A program made the position numbers and the translations under genes. 64,000 nucleotides of DNA, from positions 9,364,001 through 9,428,000 of the forward strand of contig CM052832.1 of assembly GCA_028534125.1 (NCBI GenBank). Reading direction: 5' to 3'. This DNA comes from Lama glama. Taxonomy: Eukaryota. This document shows, one piece after another, positions 49,421 to 62,799 of this stretch. The first letter of the stretch is position 1. Each line of letters begins with the position of its first letter. The notes under the pieces are model-generated. The model searched no databases and was not told the origin of the DNA. It was given only the letters and a program-made list of their open reading frames with translations.

Positions 49421-50710
49421 CTTTACTTCATTTGCTGGGGCCTGAGCAATGGCTGGCTAATGTGAATGTGACTGAGGTCCAGGTGTGGTCCTCAGGTCCT
49501 TCAGAAGGAGGGCAGGGTCACCGTGGACAGTTCTTCTGGGACTGCTTAGCCATGATGGGGATGAGAAGTTGGTCCTGGGGAGGAGGCAGCCTGCCTGGGA
49601 CCCAGCGTTATTGACCTGGGATGCTGCTGGCTGGAGTGTTCCAGGAGCCGCCTCACGTTGTGGTGGTCCGGATGCAGAGGGTTATGGACATGTCGTGGAC
49701 GAGCAGAGCTACTGATCTCACTAAGCCCCTCGGGCCACCAGCATCTGGCCTTGGGGCGGCAGTGTTGCACGTGAAGGCCGATGCTTCTGTCCAAATCCTT
49801 TCTGACTGATTGAGCCTAAGAGAAAGTCAGGACGAGACAGTTGGGACCAGGGCTTTAAAGGGCCAACATGACTTTGTTCCACTCAGGCTTCCTGTGATAA
49901 CAGCATAGAACAGCCTCAAAGGACACAGGACGATGTTGCTTCGGTTCCGTGGCTTTACTTCCAATTTGTGTTTCTCCCCTGCACTTACTGTATTGACTTG
50001 CCTCCTTCCTCCGCCTTTACCAGATTTACTCCTAGTGAGACCCACTTGGGGAGGAGGCCAGCGGGGGTGGATGCTGGTAAATTACATTCAGAGGGTAAGC
50101 TGGGGACTTCCAGGATGGAGGGGATTTGGAGCCTCATTTCCCCTAGCCATTGGCCCAGGGGCTAGATCTGTTTCAGAAATATGCGATCAGGGCTGAAGGG
50201 GTTTTCTTAAAATTTCAGCAAAGTGAGTTCTTCAGACCTAGTCGAGATACTTTGACCAAACCTTCAGAGTGGCCTTTAAGACTGCCTACTATCGGGGTGG
50301 CTATTCAAATGGATAATTCCACATTTCTTCCTAAAATTCAGGGATGGAAATTGGGATGTAAAGACCATAACAAGCTGGATTGTGAGAATTACAAAACTGC
50401 CACTTCCTTCTGCTCCTTAGACACACCAAGTTCACTGCCATCTCCAGGCCTTTGCCCCGCCCTGCTCTTCCCCAGATCCTGGAGGGCTGACTCCTTGTCT
50501 TCACTTGGGTCTTGCTCCAGTGTTGCCTCCTCGGAAAGCCCTTCCCCACAACCCTAGTTAAGGTAGAGCATCTCCCATCATGCCATTCTCTCTCATATTG
50601 TCTTACTCTGTTTTCTTCATAGCAATTACAGCGTCAACAATAACAGTAACAGCTAATATTAAAGAGTACCAACCATGTGCCAGACAGTATGAAAAAAGTT
50701 TTACACGTAT

Positions 50711-50848
50711 GGGGGCGGAGGCTGTAGCTTAATGATAGAGGATATACTTAGCATGCACAAGGTCCTGGGTTCAATCCCCTGTACCTCCATTAAAATAGAC
50801 AAAGAAACAAGTAAACTGAATTACCCTCCCTCCACCAAAAAAAAAGAT
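50711..50848 (+). mobile_element. Camelid tRNA-derived SINE (vic-1 type), inserted in a minus-strand MIR (about 50640-50970)
   Basis: 'cttagcatgcacaaggtcctgggttcaatcccc'; degenerate TSD aaaaaag(t/c)ttta. Confidence 0.92.
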
Positions 50849-52247
50849 TAAAAAAGCTTTATGTACATATGAATACACATGATCCTCTCATGAACCCTAT
50901 GGGAAGAACATTATTATTCCCATTTTACAGATAAAGAGATTGAGCCCACAGAGAGGTTAATGTAGCTTGGCATTAGGAATCTTCTGTTCAGAAAGCATTT
51001 ATTGAGCGCTTATGGTAATGGACCAAGACCAGGCTCTGTGCTAGGATCAAGGGCTCCAAAAATAAGTAAGTCACTATCCTTGCATTTAAGTCATCAGATC
51101 AGTGTTCCAGGCGAGGGTGGGCCAGTGAATCCTCTCTGAAACCCTGCGGCACGTTGCTTACACAGATGTAAACTTGAATTTTCCCATCTGTCAAAAAGGA
51201 CTAAAAGAACCTGCCTCAGCTATCCCTCTGGGTTCTTGGAAGATTTGTTGGTGAAATCCCTTTGGGATGTACACAGGGCAGTACAGTTGCAGAGTCATTG
51301 GGCATCCTCACTCTGAGACCAGGAGATAGCAAACATATTCTCCCTTCCTCCCTGGATGAAGGAAAGGTAGAGATTTACCCACCACTCATGTCTGTCCTGG
51401 TGATACTAAGTTCTTATCAGATTCCACCCTCTTTCCTTACTTATAGGCATTTTATGGTATCAAGCAATTCTTAAGTGTCTCAAAGGGTCTAGCTGGACTC
51501 TCAAAAATTTTGGACCACTGATGTAAGCGATGCTGTACTTCTATAGCTGGTCAATAGGATTATGGTATTTAGGACAGCAGCCCCATCTGATTGGGAGTGG
51601 TGCGTTTTACTATCCAGGGACCCCAAACTCTTGCCTCCTGATGGTATGTTTTGAAGGAAGTTGTTCTTATTCATCCATAGGCAACCAGCCTGGCTGTTTA
51701 ATTCCAACAGATGGTGTTGTTCTGGAACCTAACACAAGACCACTGTTTTGCTTTCAATGGTTTTTGCCAAGACCATTAGTTAAAAACAAGCCCATGGTAA
51801 TAGACGGGATGTTGGTGTGTGGTGGGGAAGCAGCCCTGTGGAAAGGGATTCCTGCTCCTTGCCATCCTCTTGAGATGGACTTTCAAGACTGGAACAACCA
51901 AACCTTTAAAGTAAAGCAGGCCAACATGTCTGACTCCATCCTTCTAAATAGTGTGTGAGAGGGCACTTCGGTCGTTGGCTCTTGCCCTGGGCCCTACTTG
52001 CCTTTCTATCATTCATGGTTTGTTTCCTGTGTCTAATTTGTTGCATGATCTGTTAATAACCAAACATGCCCTCACAAGCTGGGGAATATTTGCAGAGTGA
52101 TAAAGCAATTATGTTATAACCTTCCACTTTCCAAAAGAGACAGACATTAGGCCTGCACACTCTGGGAAAAAGCCAAGTGCCAGATCCTATTGATTCTACT
52201 GTTTCGTTCATTTGTACTGTTGCCATCCTACTGCAGGCTTTTGTCTC

Positions 52248-52354
52248 CCCATCCATTCACCATCCGTCCATCCATCCACCCACCCACTCATCCACCCATC
52301 CATCCATCCACTCAACCATCCATCCACCCACCCACCCACCCACCCATCCATCCA
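52248..52354. repeat. (CCAT/CCAC)n tetranucleotide tract at the tail of a minus-strand L2
   Basis: direct reading; followed by 'cacttatttttgagcacttgttatg'. Confidence 0.9.
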
Positions 52355-53374
52355 GTGGAGCACTTATTTTTGAGCACTTGTTATGGGTCAGGCCCTTAGC
52401 TTTGACCTGGGGATATAAAGAGGACTAAGTCACCATCCTTGCATTCAAGAGATTCGTACAGTAGTAGCAAGACACATGAATTGAGTGAAGTGTTCCAAGC
52501 TCAGATAGTTGGGGCTTAATATTTACACTACCAAGGAAAGGCAAGGCTTGATCAAGAAAAATTTAACAGAGAAGGTGACTATGTAGTTGAGTCTTAAAAG
52601 ACAAGGTAGGAGCTTACCTATATACATCCTCCCTCCTCCCGAGCGTCCCAGCCTCTCACCCTTCCACAGATATTAACATCTAACAGAAGGAAGTCCCTGT
52701 GTCCCTGCCTGCTCTCTCTCTCTCAGACATTGGTTCATTTCCCACTCGTGTAATTTCCTTACTGCTTTGAGGCATATCACCTGATCTAAAGTTTTTGGCC
52801 ACATCCTGTTCGAAAAGCAAATTTCCAGCTCCTGAGCTTGGCATTTTTATCCTCCCACTATACTGCCTCTGCCTGAGGACCAGCTTGTGTCTCATTCCTC
52901 CTGTGACCAGGCAGACCTACTCACTGTCCCCAAACATGCTATGCACGCTGCCTTCTCCCATCTAATTCCACCCACCCTTCAGAGGCTGACAGAGGAAAGC
53001 CTTGGAAGGTGTGTTGCCTCCTGATCTGGGGCCTTGGAGGCAAGTGTGGCTGCCGTTTTGATCGGGTGCCCATCACATCACACTGTGTCATTACCTTTCC
53101 GCGTGGGTCTGTCTCACTCTCCTTTTGTCACGTGGATGGGATTCTTGCTTCATATATCTTCGTTCTCCTCTGTGACTAGAGGCAGGCCTACCTATGGAAG
53201 CCATCCATTTCTATTTGCTAATGAAAAATGGGGGAAATCACACATCTTTTATCACCTCTTCCTGGCAGTCCCTTAGTTCTGCTGCTGAACTAGACAAGAT
53301 CAAAATTGTCACTCCGGGACGAATGTGTGGTTTATCAAATCCATTTTTTTGCCCTCAGATAGGTAATGGAGACT

Positions 53375-53835
53375 GTGAGAATATTGCTGCTGCTTCTCCA
53401 TTTGTCCCTCTCCTCCCAGATCCATTTCTGCCCTGCTGTGTCCATCAACTGGGATCCTTTATTTTACCTTCTGGGTTTCATTGGGTTTGGCCAATAGAGA
53501 CACCAGCAGGAGATGGAGAACCAGAGGAGAGAGAGGTTGAAGTATTAATCCCCCTGCTCCCTAGCTGCTCTATCTGATTTCTGGCAGTGGCTTCCTTTAC
53601 ATCTACAGCTCCTTTCCCGGTGTTCTGGGATCCCTGGGCTCCAAGAACACTGTTCCCTCCTCTTGCCCTTCAAACTTAGGGGTGGTCAAGGCTTCTTGCT
53701 GGTGTCAGCTTATGTATTGGTTCTGCACCATATATTGTCATTCCGTTTAGCTCCCCCCACACCTCTGTAAGTTTCATTCATTAAATTATTTTTATTTAAA
53801 CCTTTTTGAATGCCATCTATAGTATTACCGAGAGT
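53375..53835 (+). mobile_element. ERVL solo LTR (LTR33-like)
   Basis: 'ccatttgtccct...ccagatcca...tgggtttggccaatagagacaccagcaggagat...cattaaa...tgccatct'. Confidence 0.75.
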
Positions 53836-53897
53836 CAACCTTGCAGGCTTAGTTATCTGGCCCAGTTATCAACCCATGAATCAATCTGTTTCATTTT

Positions 53898-54124
53898 TTT
53901 TTTAATTGAAGTGTAGTCAGTTTACAATGTTGTGTCAGTTCCTGGTGTACAGCATAATGTTTCAATCATACATGTCCATACATATATTCCTTTTCATTAT
54001 AGATTACTACAAGCTATTGAATATAGTTCCCTGTGCTAGACAGAAGAAACTTGGTGTTTATCTATTTTGTATATAGTAGTCAGTATCTGCAAATCTTGAA
54101 CTCCTAATTTATCCCTTCCCACCT
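53898..54124 (-). mobile_element. L1 3' end, camelid-type
   Basis: poly-T followed by 'aattgaagtgtagtcagtttacaatg'; TSD tgtttcatttt at 53887-53897 and 54125-54135. Confidence 0.9.
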
Positions 54125-54179
54125 TGTTTCATTTTCTTACAAAAGGGTTTTTGAGTTTGTTGGTTTGGGTTTTTTTTTT

Positions 54180-55870
54180 TTTTTTGACAGGGGCCAGGTA
54201 CACATTCAGAAGAAGATATAATAAAAATAATAGTCTTCTGGACCCTTCCTTCCCTAACTCGTCCCTCTTCCTTGGGGCAACCTCATTTAACTCTCGATTT
54301 TTTTTTCTAGCATTTACCTCCATATTTTAAGATAATGTGCTTCTATTTTATTCCTATTTTAGAAATTATCTGCTTACTTCCTGTTGTGATAGATGACGAT
54401 TCAGCTCACTCATACTACCCCTTCTACCTCCCCTCCCCACATCCTCACAACATAGTTGTATCGTTATTTATAGTTCCTCTATTTGGTTAGCTTTATGAGT
54501 AAGAATTTTACTATCCCATTTCTTGCTCATTAACAACAGTATCTCTTGATTTCCTTGATCAGTAAGAGGAAAATAATAGTGTCCTTACCCCAAATGCCTT
54601 CCTTTCTAATTTCTGCCATCTCTGTTTTTACTTTTACATTGTTAAGGGTGATAACATTTACGTTTTTATTTTGCAACTGACAGTAAAAACTGTGCTCTAT
54701 CTGTAGATTGATTCTGAAGACTGAAAAATCAGCAGGTAGAGTTTATGTTATTGTGAATGTAGAAACAAGTTGTGCACTGACAGTCCACTCTTGGACATCC
54801 TTGTTTGGTTTGCCTAGTGATTAAAAAATTTTTTTTCAGCCAGCATTTTAAAATAGGAAGTGTTTTCATAAAAGATTTGGAGTTTGGGATATTGTTTTAA
54901 AGGTTGGAAGATCTGGTCTGACTTCCCATATGGTAACGCTCTGCTGGAGGTTGTCTGCTTTAGAACGGGCTTGCCTACTCCAGTTTGCCACAGTCCCTAC
55001 TGCTCATCCAGGGTTTGCATGTGCTTGGACAGCCAGCCGACTGTGTTCATTTACTTATTTGCCTGACCCTGAAGGCATTTAAGTGTGTGAACCTGATGCC
55101 TGATTTATTATCTTCTTTGCAGCCCACATTATGAATTTCCTTTATATATATGGCTTTATATTATTCCAAGAGTACATCATCGCCTTTCTTTTCCCCTACC
55201 ATTTGCTATTATTAGATCCTCCCAAACTCTCTATCCAGTTGGGTATTTTATATATTCTCCCTTCCTCCCAGAGTTCTCTGTTCTCATATCTGATCCATTG
55301 ACAGCTTGCTACACAACTGTCATTTGGGATTTTCCTGCCTTGGTGTACTAGGTTCGTTTTCCTGCTTCCTGGATCTCATCTTTTTTTTTTTTTGAGGGGT
55401 AGGGTGGTCCATTTAGTTTCTTCAGAGGAGGAAATTCCTTTTTTTTTTTTTTTTTTTCGCTTGGGAGAGTAGATACCTGGCTGCCCCATGAATACCTGTG
55501 GAAGGCTCAACTCTTCTGACCTCAGATTTTATATAATTCCACCCCATGCCCCCGCCTTTTCAGCCTCCCATCTGATCCCTGCCCTCCACTGCATTGGCAT
55601 CGCTGAGTCACGAGCCACTTGGCCATTTTGCGAGGCTGATGGACTCTTATAATACCCAAGCCCACTCCAGGCTCAGGCTCCCTGTGGCTGCACTATTAGT
55701 TTCTAATCTTTCTTACTCTGTCTCTTCTCCACAAAGTTGTCCCAGGCTCTTTTCTAGTATCCATTACCTTTTCCCTTTGTTGTTTGAAAATTGTATCTTT
55801 AAAAAATATTATTACACTCTCATCTTGGTGATGTTATGTCCAGATGGAGAGAATGTAAGTGAATGCAGTT
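54180..55870 (-). mobile_element. Ancient L1M/HAL1-like fragments
   Basis: T-rich decayed sequence resembling old L1 3' regions; family uncertain. Confidence 0.5.
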
Positions 55871-56119
55871 AATTTTTGTCCATCTTTAGTAGGTGGCGCT
55901 TGTGAATTGATCTCAACCCTTCTTTGAATCTCTTTAAAATTTTAGCCTATATCAGTTCGGGAAATAACAGGCTAAACTCTCCACCATTTAAAGTCGGTGT
56001 TTCTAATCCTGTATTTACCTCTTTTAGGATTTAGGAGAAGTTTCTTGTTTCTAATGCTACATGTTTATCCATTTCATCCTTTTTTTTTTTTAACTATCAA
56101 ATTTAGATCTTGTATTAAC

Positions 56120-56800
56120 ATTGTTATGGTGATGTTAGCTGCCATAATCATCTCCTGATTTTCAGGGGTTTAACACGATAGAAGTTATTTCTCGCCCTTA
56201 AAACAGCCAAATGCAGGTTTTCTGGCATGATTGGCATTCTGTCCACAAAGGTAATCTCAGGGACCCAGGCATCTTCCATCTTGTGACTCTGTTATACCTT
56301 AGAGGATACAGTATCAGTGGGGGCAACAGCACCCCAGGGGACAGAATTAGTTCTTGGGGCCAAAAAAATCTTACATTTTTGTGCATAAATCACAGATGTA
56401 CCTATGGTACAAGAACAGATACACAGTGTATCTGTGGTATTAAAATTTCATGGAGGAAGGCAACCAGAAAAAAAAAAACTATCTGAAAAGGCTCCTTATA
56501 GGGACAACAATGATGAAAAAAGGTTGAGAAACATTGCTCCAGGGCATAGGAGTACCCTGTATTCGGGTAGAAGGTTAAAAAGAAGGTGATGAAGGCTCAC
56601 CCACTTCTTAGCCATCTTGGCTCCAAAATGACAGAGACCTCTTAGCCCACATTGCACTGATGGGAACTAGTCTCGAGGTCTCACTTGCTGCAGGAGGAGC
56701 TGGAAGGTGTGGTTCCTGGCTGGGCAGCTGCCCCTCAGTGGCAACTCTGGGCCAAATAAGGGGGAGGGGAGATTTTGCAGCATGACTGCCCACCAGACAC
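56120..56800 (-). mobile_element. MaLR LTR (MLT1J-like) with a nested hAT MITE at about 56306-56536 (MER106-like)
   Basis: 'ctcagggacccaggcatcttccatcttgtgactct'; insert 'gtatctgtggtattaaaatttcatgg...aaaaaggttgagaaacattg'. Confidence 0.7.
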
Positions 56801-57013
56801 ATGGGTCAGCAAACTTTTTCTTAAAGAGCCGAGGAGTAGATATTTTAGGATTGCAGGCCATGTGGTCTCTGTCACAGCTACTCACTCTGCTTATTGTGGC
56901 CGAAAGCAGCCATAGACACTATTTAAGTGAATGGGTGTGGCTGTGTTTCAATAAAGTTTTATTTACATGAGCAGGTGTTTGACTGGCCTGAAGGCTGTGA
57001 TTTACCATCCCTG
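56800..57013. mobile_element. MER58A-like hAT-Charlie MITE
   Basis: 'ggtcagcaaactttttcttaaagagcc...aaagcagccatagac...ggctgtgtttcaataaa'. Confidence 0.88.
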
Positions 57014-58784
57014 CCTGTCTCTCCACCTGCTGACCTTTCAGAGCTTTTCCCGCATTCTCTCCATTCCCTGTGCCTACATGGGACCTGCAGCTTCCCCTTG
57101 ACTAAACGAGGGGGGTGAGTCCCTGGTTTTTCTGGGTGAAGAGTGGGATGGGGTCTGACCCTCAACCAAGTGAAGTGTAGAGGTCTCAAGTCTGGAGAAG
57201 GGGAATGCACCTTGCATGTGACAGTGTGAAACTAAGCCATCCCCACATCTCATGTCCGCTGCCACCTGACATGACAGAGTATCTGACACACGGAATAAGT
57301 GCTCGGACAATGGTGACAATTCCTGTATTCAGTGCTCAGGGGTCACTTAATTAAAAGTACTTTCCTTAGGTGAAATAAGTCGTCAGAGAATATGGGCCTC
57401 TGCTTCTCATAATAGAAAATATACCATATTTTCAGTGGATTATTTCAATGAGTAAGGCTAATATTTTAATAACATGGCCGTATGCTTATGTTAGAAACAA
57501 TACAAAATTATATATACAATATGATCTCAAACCACAGTATCTTAAACGTTTAGCAAAAAAAGCAGGGGGAGAATAGTCTCACAGTGATAGACTATGAGTG
57601 GTTTTTCTTTTGTATAGGTTTAAACTTTTATAGTGAGCATGCTTCCTTACAGGTGGAGAAGAGTAAATGTTATTTTAAAGCTATAGGGGAAGGGAATTAG
57701 GGCTAAGCATGAGTGTTAGTAAGAGTGTCTACCTGCTTGTGCACACACACATGTGGACCTGATAAGCCACCAGAAATTCTGTTGGAACAAGTCACTGTGA
57801 GGCAGTCTGTCCTGCTCGCCCTCCCTCAAATTAGAAAGGCTTCTTCACACAGCGACCACGGAAGAGTTCCAGCCTGTTTCTCCACTGAGATTCTTCTCAT
57901 TGCTGAGTGATGAGAACCTCATCCAGATTCTCTTTCCACTGAGGCGGGACCAGCCTCTCCGGATGAGTCAGTGAGATTATCAATAGGGTGAGGAACAGGG
58001 GCGTGCCTAGGGTGAACTGCATTTCATAGTCATTGGTCATCTCGGCCACTCCCCTGGGTCTGTGAGTTTACTTGACTTTGGGGAGAAATGAAATTGCTTG
58101 TGCCCTAAAGTGCAGTGTCGATCACCCACCTGGTGGCCTGACTTCCAGGTACCCCCTGCCCCTGCCTTGACACCCAGTTCTGTAGCAGTAACCAAGCTCA
58201 AGATCATACTGGAACGCTCCTAATTGTTCAGGCCCGTTTTGGTTCTTTGTTTGCCTCTTCCAGGTATGGGGTGGTTGGGTCTGGGGGCCCTCCCTCCATG
58301 TCACACCCACCTGAGTCTCTTCTCTCCAGCCCGTGGCTGTTTCTTCTGGCCTCAGCCTGAGCCCTCCACACTCATCAGATCTGTAGTGTTCCCAGCCCTG
58401 AGCCCCTTCCCTAGGACAGCGTGGCCTGTCTCCCCTCACCCAGGGCCCTGTCTTGACTCTTCAGGGACATCAGCTGCTTGAAAACTGCTCTCCTTGGCAT
58501 CTGCCTTCGTGGCCTGCCTGTCTTTGTTCCAGGACCTCTGTCTTAGCTCCAGATTAGGTTGGGGTGACCCTATCACAGCTCTTGCCTCCACCATGGCTCC
58601 TGTATTCTGATTGGTGATCCGAGCACCCTCTCTTTCATCTCAACACACATACCCTGGACGCGGATGTGACGGGTGTGCCCATGTAGAAGGACTGCACTCT
58701 GGCAGGCCCAGGCCCCTGTTCATCCTCTGTGTGTGTGTCTGTATGCACGCAGACTTCGTACTGTGACTTGCGAGTCCCTGTACC

Positions 58785-59204
58785 AGGGCATCTCGACCTC
58801 AGCACTACCCACATTTGAGCCTGATGATTCTGTGTTGAGAGAGGCCGTCCTGTGCATTCAAAAATGTTTAGCAGCCGTTTTCCCCATGTTGTATAATATA
58901 TCCTCGTAGCTTATTTTATGTCTGATACTTACTACCTCTTACTCCTTTACCACTATCTTTTCCCTCCCCCCTTTCCCTTTCCCAACTCGTAACCAGTAGT
59001 TTGTTCTCTATATCTGTGAGTCTGCTTCTTTTTTGTAAACTTCACTAGTTTGTTGTACTTTTTAGATTCCACATACAGGTGACATCATACAGTATTTCTT
59101 TCCCTGTCTTACTTTACTTAGCATAGTGCCCTACAAGCCCATCCGTGCTGCTTGCACGTGGCAAAATTTCGTTCCTTTTTATGGCTGAGTAATATTCCAT
59201 TATA

Positions 59205-59244
<40 letters not shown>

Positions 59245-59500
59245 ATCTTCTTTATCCAATAACTATAAATGGAGTATAATCTTTAAAAATTATCAATCAC
59301 TATATTGTATACTTGTAACATATAATACTGTACAGCAACTATACTTCAATTAAAATTTTTTTTTAAATGTTTAGCAGCATCCCTGGCCTTTACCCACCAG
59401 ATGCTGATAGCACCTCCCCAGTTGTGACAACCAAGTATGTCTCTGGACATTGTCAGATATCCTCTGGAGGGCAGAAATCACGGCAGGTTGAGTACCACTA
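58785..59500. mobile_element. MER20 split by an L1 insertion
   Basis: 'tcctgtgcattcaaaaatgtttagcagc' ... 'atccctggcctttaccc...ccagttgtgacaacc...gacattgtcagat'. Confidence 0.88.
58876..59364. mobile_element. 5'-inverted (twin-primed) L1 3' end with internal (TA)n
   Basis: 58877-59258 is antisense L1 and 59259-59364 is the sense L1 terminus; 14-bp TSD aaatgtttagcagc at 58862-58875 and 59365-59378. Confidence 0.9.
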
Positions 59501-59779
59501 CACCACATGGTGGGAACTTCCCTGCCATCACTCCTTCTACCTCTGTCCACCCCCTGCGCCTGCTGTGTGCACACCCATCCCTGCCTCGGGGCCATTGCTT
59601 CCACTGCTGTCCCTGTTGCTTTGAACATCCTCTTCTCCAGTCTTCATTTGTTGGTCCCCGGGGCCTCAGCTCAACTGACACCTCCCCAAGGCCTTTGCTG
59701 AGGCCCTATGTGAGCAACCCAATTGCTCCACTGTATTTATATTTCTGTTTTATTTCTGGTTAAGTCCTCTTTAGACTCT

Positions 59780-60215
59780 ATCTGACCTCGTTCCCTACTG
59801 CTTTCCTCCCCCTCCTCCCTGTTCCAGCCATGCCGGCCTCCTCCTGGTTCTCCCTCAGTCACACCAGCCTTGTGCCCTCCTCGGGGCCTTTTCCCTCACT
59901 GACCTCTCCACCTGGCACACTCTTTCCCCAGATGGACCCAGTTTGCTCACCTCCTTCAGGGCTTTTTTCAGCTGTCACCTTCTCAGTGAGGCCTTCTTTG
60001 ACTCCTTCCCATTTCATGCTTTATTTTCCCCTGTAGCATCTATTAACTACCTAACAGACTATGTATTTTAATTATTTATCGCATTTTCTATTTCCCCCTC
60101 TTAAAATGAAAGCACCACAAGGGCAGGGGGTTTTGTCTTCCTTGTTCACGGCTGTTTGCCAATCACCTAGAACAATGCCTAGCACGAACAGGCACCCCAC
60201 AGAGTTTTTGGGTGC
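59780..60215 (+). mobile_element. L2a 3' end
   Basis: 'tgtcaccttctcagtgaggcctt...cacctagaacaatgcctagcac'. Confidence 0.85.
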
Positions 60216-62799
60216 GTGAGCTTTATTTCTCAAGGCTTGTTAGGGTCTCTGCCCTGACATCACTGTGGACATGTGAAGCATCGGGTGAGCTTAGATTCTT
60301 GCGAAACCAGAGGCGTGGGTTGACGAAGAGTCCACAGACAGCGTAGAACCATACACTAAAGCATATTTTCTTGTGACTAAGGGTATTTACAAAGCACAAA
60401 GTGGTGAATTTGCTTATAGTTCTTCTTTTACTGGTATTGGGCAGAGTATTGCCTTTAGCTGTGAATTTGATTTACCACGCCCTGGTGAGGTTTTATTTCC
60501 TTATATGTACATGTGCTTGTCTAAAAGCAGTTATTAGTTTGTTCTTAATGATAAGCCACGAGAGATTGGACGTCCACCACGATGGCGCCCTGTTAAGGGG
60601 CCGTGTTTAAAAAGTGCTAAATAGAAGCAAGCCCTGTGGCCACACCTCTGCCTATCCCCTACCACCCAGGAACTTTTAATTTCTTGTATCTCCCTATTCC
60701 TGTCTTGTTCCTTTGCTTTTCCTTTTACTGGGCTCTCTTCTTTGTTTCCAAATATCCATCCTTACCTCAGTAGCCTCTAAAGACTAGTCTTCCAGGAAGC
60801 TGGGTGGAAATGAGGCAGCAACACCTTCCCTCTTAGAGTCCAGGAAGCTCTGGACATGACCAGGCGTGTTCTCTCCACACAGCTTGGAGAGCCTAACATT
60901 TGGAAGTTCTAGGTCTTCCAAGGAAGCCCCGCCACATGCATCATCAGGGATCTGGTCGACCCTGCTGGTCCTTCCCCTAGATTCTCCCTCCTGTGGTCAC
61001 GGTGTCCCTGGGCCTCCACAGAGGTTTTTGGGGCTTCAAGGGAATTCCCTATTTCAGGGCAGACATCCAGGAGAGGGCACTGAGCCCCTCTTTGAATGCT
61101 AGCAGGGGACCAGGAGGGCTTCGATTTGGAGGTGAGGGATGGAGAAGGGAGGGTGACAGCAGATTGCACAGAGGCCCCTCTCTCCAGCTTATGTAACCGC
61201 TCCGAGGAGAGAGAGTGCGATGGGGCTCAGCAAGTGAGTTCCTGGCTGCTTGTCATGTGAAGAAAACTGATGTGAACGACACTTTCCTCCTCTGCTTCCT
61301 GCCCTGCTTTTTTGTTCTTTGTATCGTGAATAATGTGAATACAGGAGGAGCCTCATACTTGGGAGTTATTTTTACAAGCTCTCCTCTCTGCTTCAGATGA
61401 CTCAGAGCTGGGGCCTTCTCTTGAAGACGTTCCTCGGGAAACGCCAGAGAGAGGCCGCGGCCGAGGTGAACTGGGGGTCCAAGTGGGTGTCCTGGCCCCT
61501 GACCATCGGGAGCCATGTCCCCTGAAGGGAGGGAGTGGGGCCTGGAAGGAAGGCCTGGCTAAAGGCAGACGCTGCTCCCAGGTTCCCTCAGCCCCACCAG
61601 CCCTGCCTTTTTCTCACCATCCTTTTCTGCTCCAGCAGAATCAACCATTGCTGCCTGCCAGTCTGGTGAGGAGCAGAGGGCACTGCCCCCAAGATTGAAA
61701 GTTCAGGCTGCTGGTAGACAAGGGGGATTTGCAGGCCCCAGAAGGCTGGTGGCTCTAGTCGAAAGGCATGAAAACTATCTGGACAGTGGTCACCAGGCCC
61801 CTAAGGGAAAAGGAGGATTAGAGAAACCTGTTTCCATCTCTCCAGCTGCCCCCACGGCCCCTGTTCTTGGGGAGGAGAGGCTGCATCTTACTCTCTGTTA
61901 CTTCCAAATGCCACACCCAGCTATAAGACACAGGGAATGTGTGTTGAGTAAAGGAATTAATGAAAGGGAAGCACCTTTTCATGTGTAAAGCTGAACTCCA
62001 TATGGGCATGCATGTGGCGCGGACCCATGTCCCTGGGGAGGATGGTGGATTCTGCACCTGCTTTAGAAGATGCTTGTGCCCAGACCTGGCACATGGACTG
62101 GAAGTTGTCATCACTTTCAACACAGACATCAGCTGGCTTGGACCCTCATAACCAAGCTGAGAGGCAGGAGTGTTGTGTCCTTTCACAGAGGACTAGGGAG
62201 ATTGGTGGCACAGCGTTGTGCAGTTAGTAAGAGGCATAGCTGAGTTATTCTGCCCTACATCTGCCAACTCTTTGGTGCCCTAGAACCTCAGGAACCCAGA
62301 AGGAGAGGCTTCCCTGCTTTTGGAAGACTCCCCACCCTCCTTCATTCATAGCTGCCGTTCTAGCCTTCCGGGAGAACCAGTTCCTTTCCCTTCTGTTCTG
62401 CCTGTAGCGGAATAGCTGGTTCTCACCCATCCACTGCCCAACAACCCTTGGAAGAATTATGATGGGAAGGCCCCTCTCAAATGCCTCTTCTCTGATGGCT
62501 TTGGAGAAAGGGAGATGCTTGGGGAATATACCCTTTTTCCTCCTGCTTATGTGCCTTAGCCCCCATCCGCCTTTCTTGCTGTCCTCTGCTAGGACACACA
62601 GTCCCCACCTTAACACCCAGGTGGAGGGAAAAGTTTCAAGTTGATCATTTGAAACTCGGGATACATTTCTGCATGGAAATAGCTTGAACATGATGCTGGG
62701 TCTACCCATGATCTATCTGAGACAGATTATTAATAGCATTAGCCAAGTAGAGAGCCAATATTAATATTAATGGTTTCGTTAATTAATTAATAAATAATA

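Noticed and set aside
50281..50360. ATG reading MDNST, recalling from memory the MDSST start of a long human ARHGEF3 isoform
   Set aside because: Similarity ends after 5 residues, splice sites are weak and I found no other support; gene identity left unassigned pending BLAT
60572..60592. ccaccacgatggcgccc as a CTCF site
   Set aside because: An extra base breaks the register of the core motif
3968..61404. About ten scattered TGASTCA sites across the window
   Set aside because: Close to the roughly 8 expected by chance in 64 kb; only clustered ones are reported
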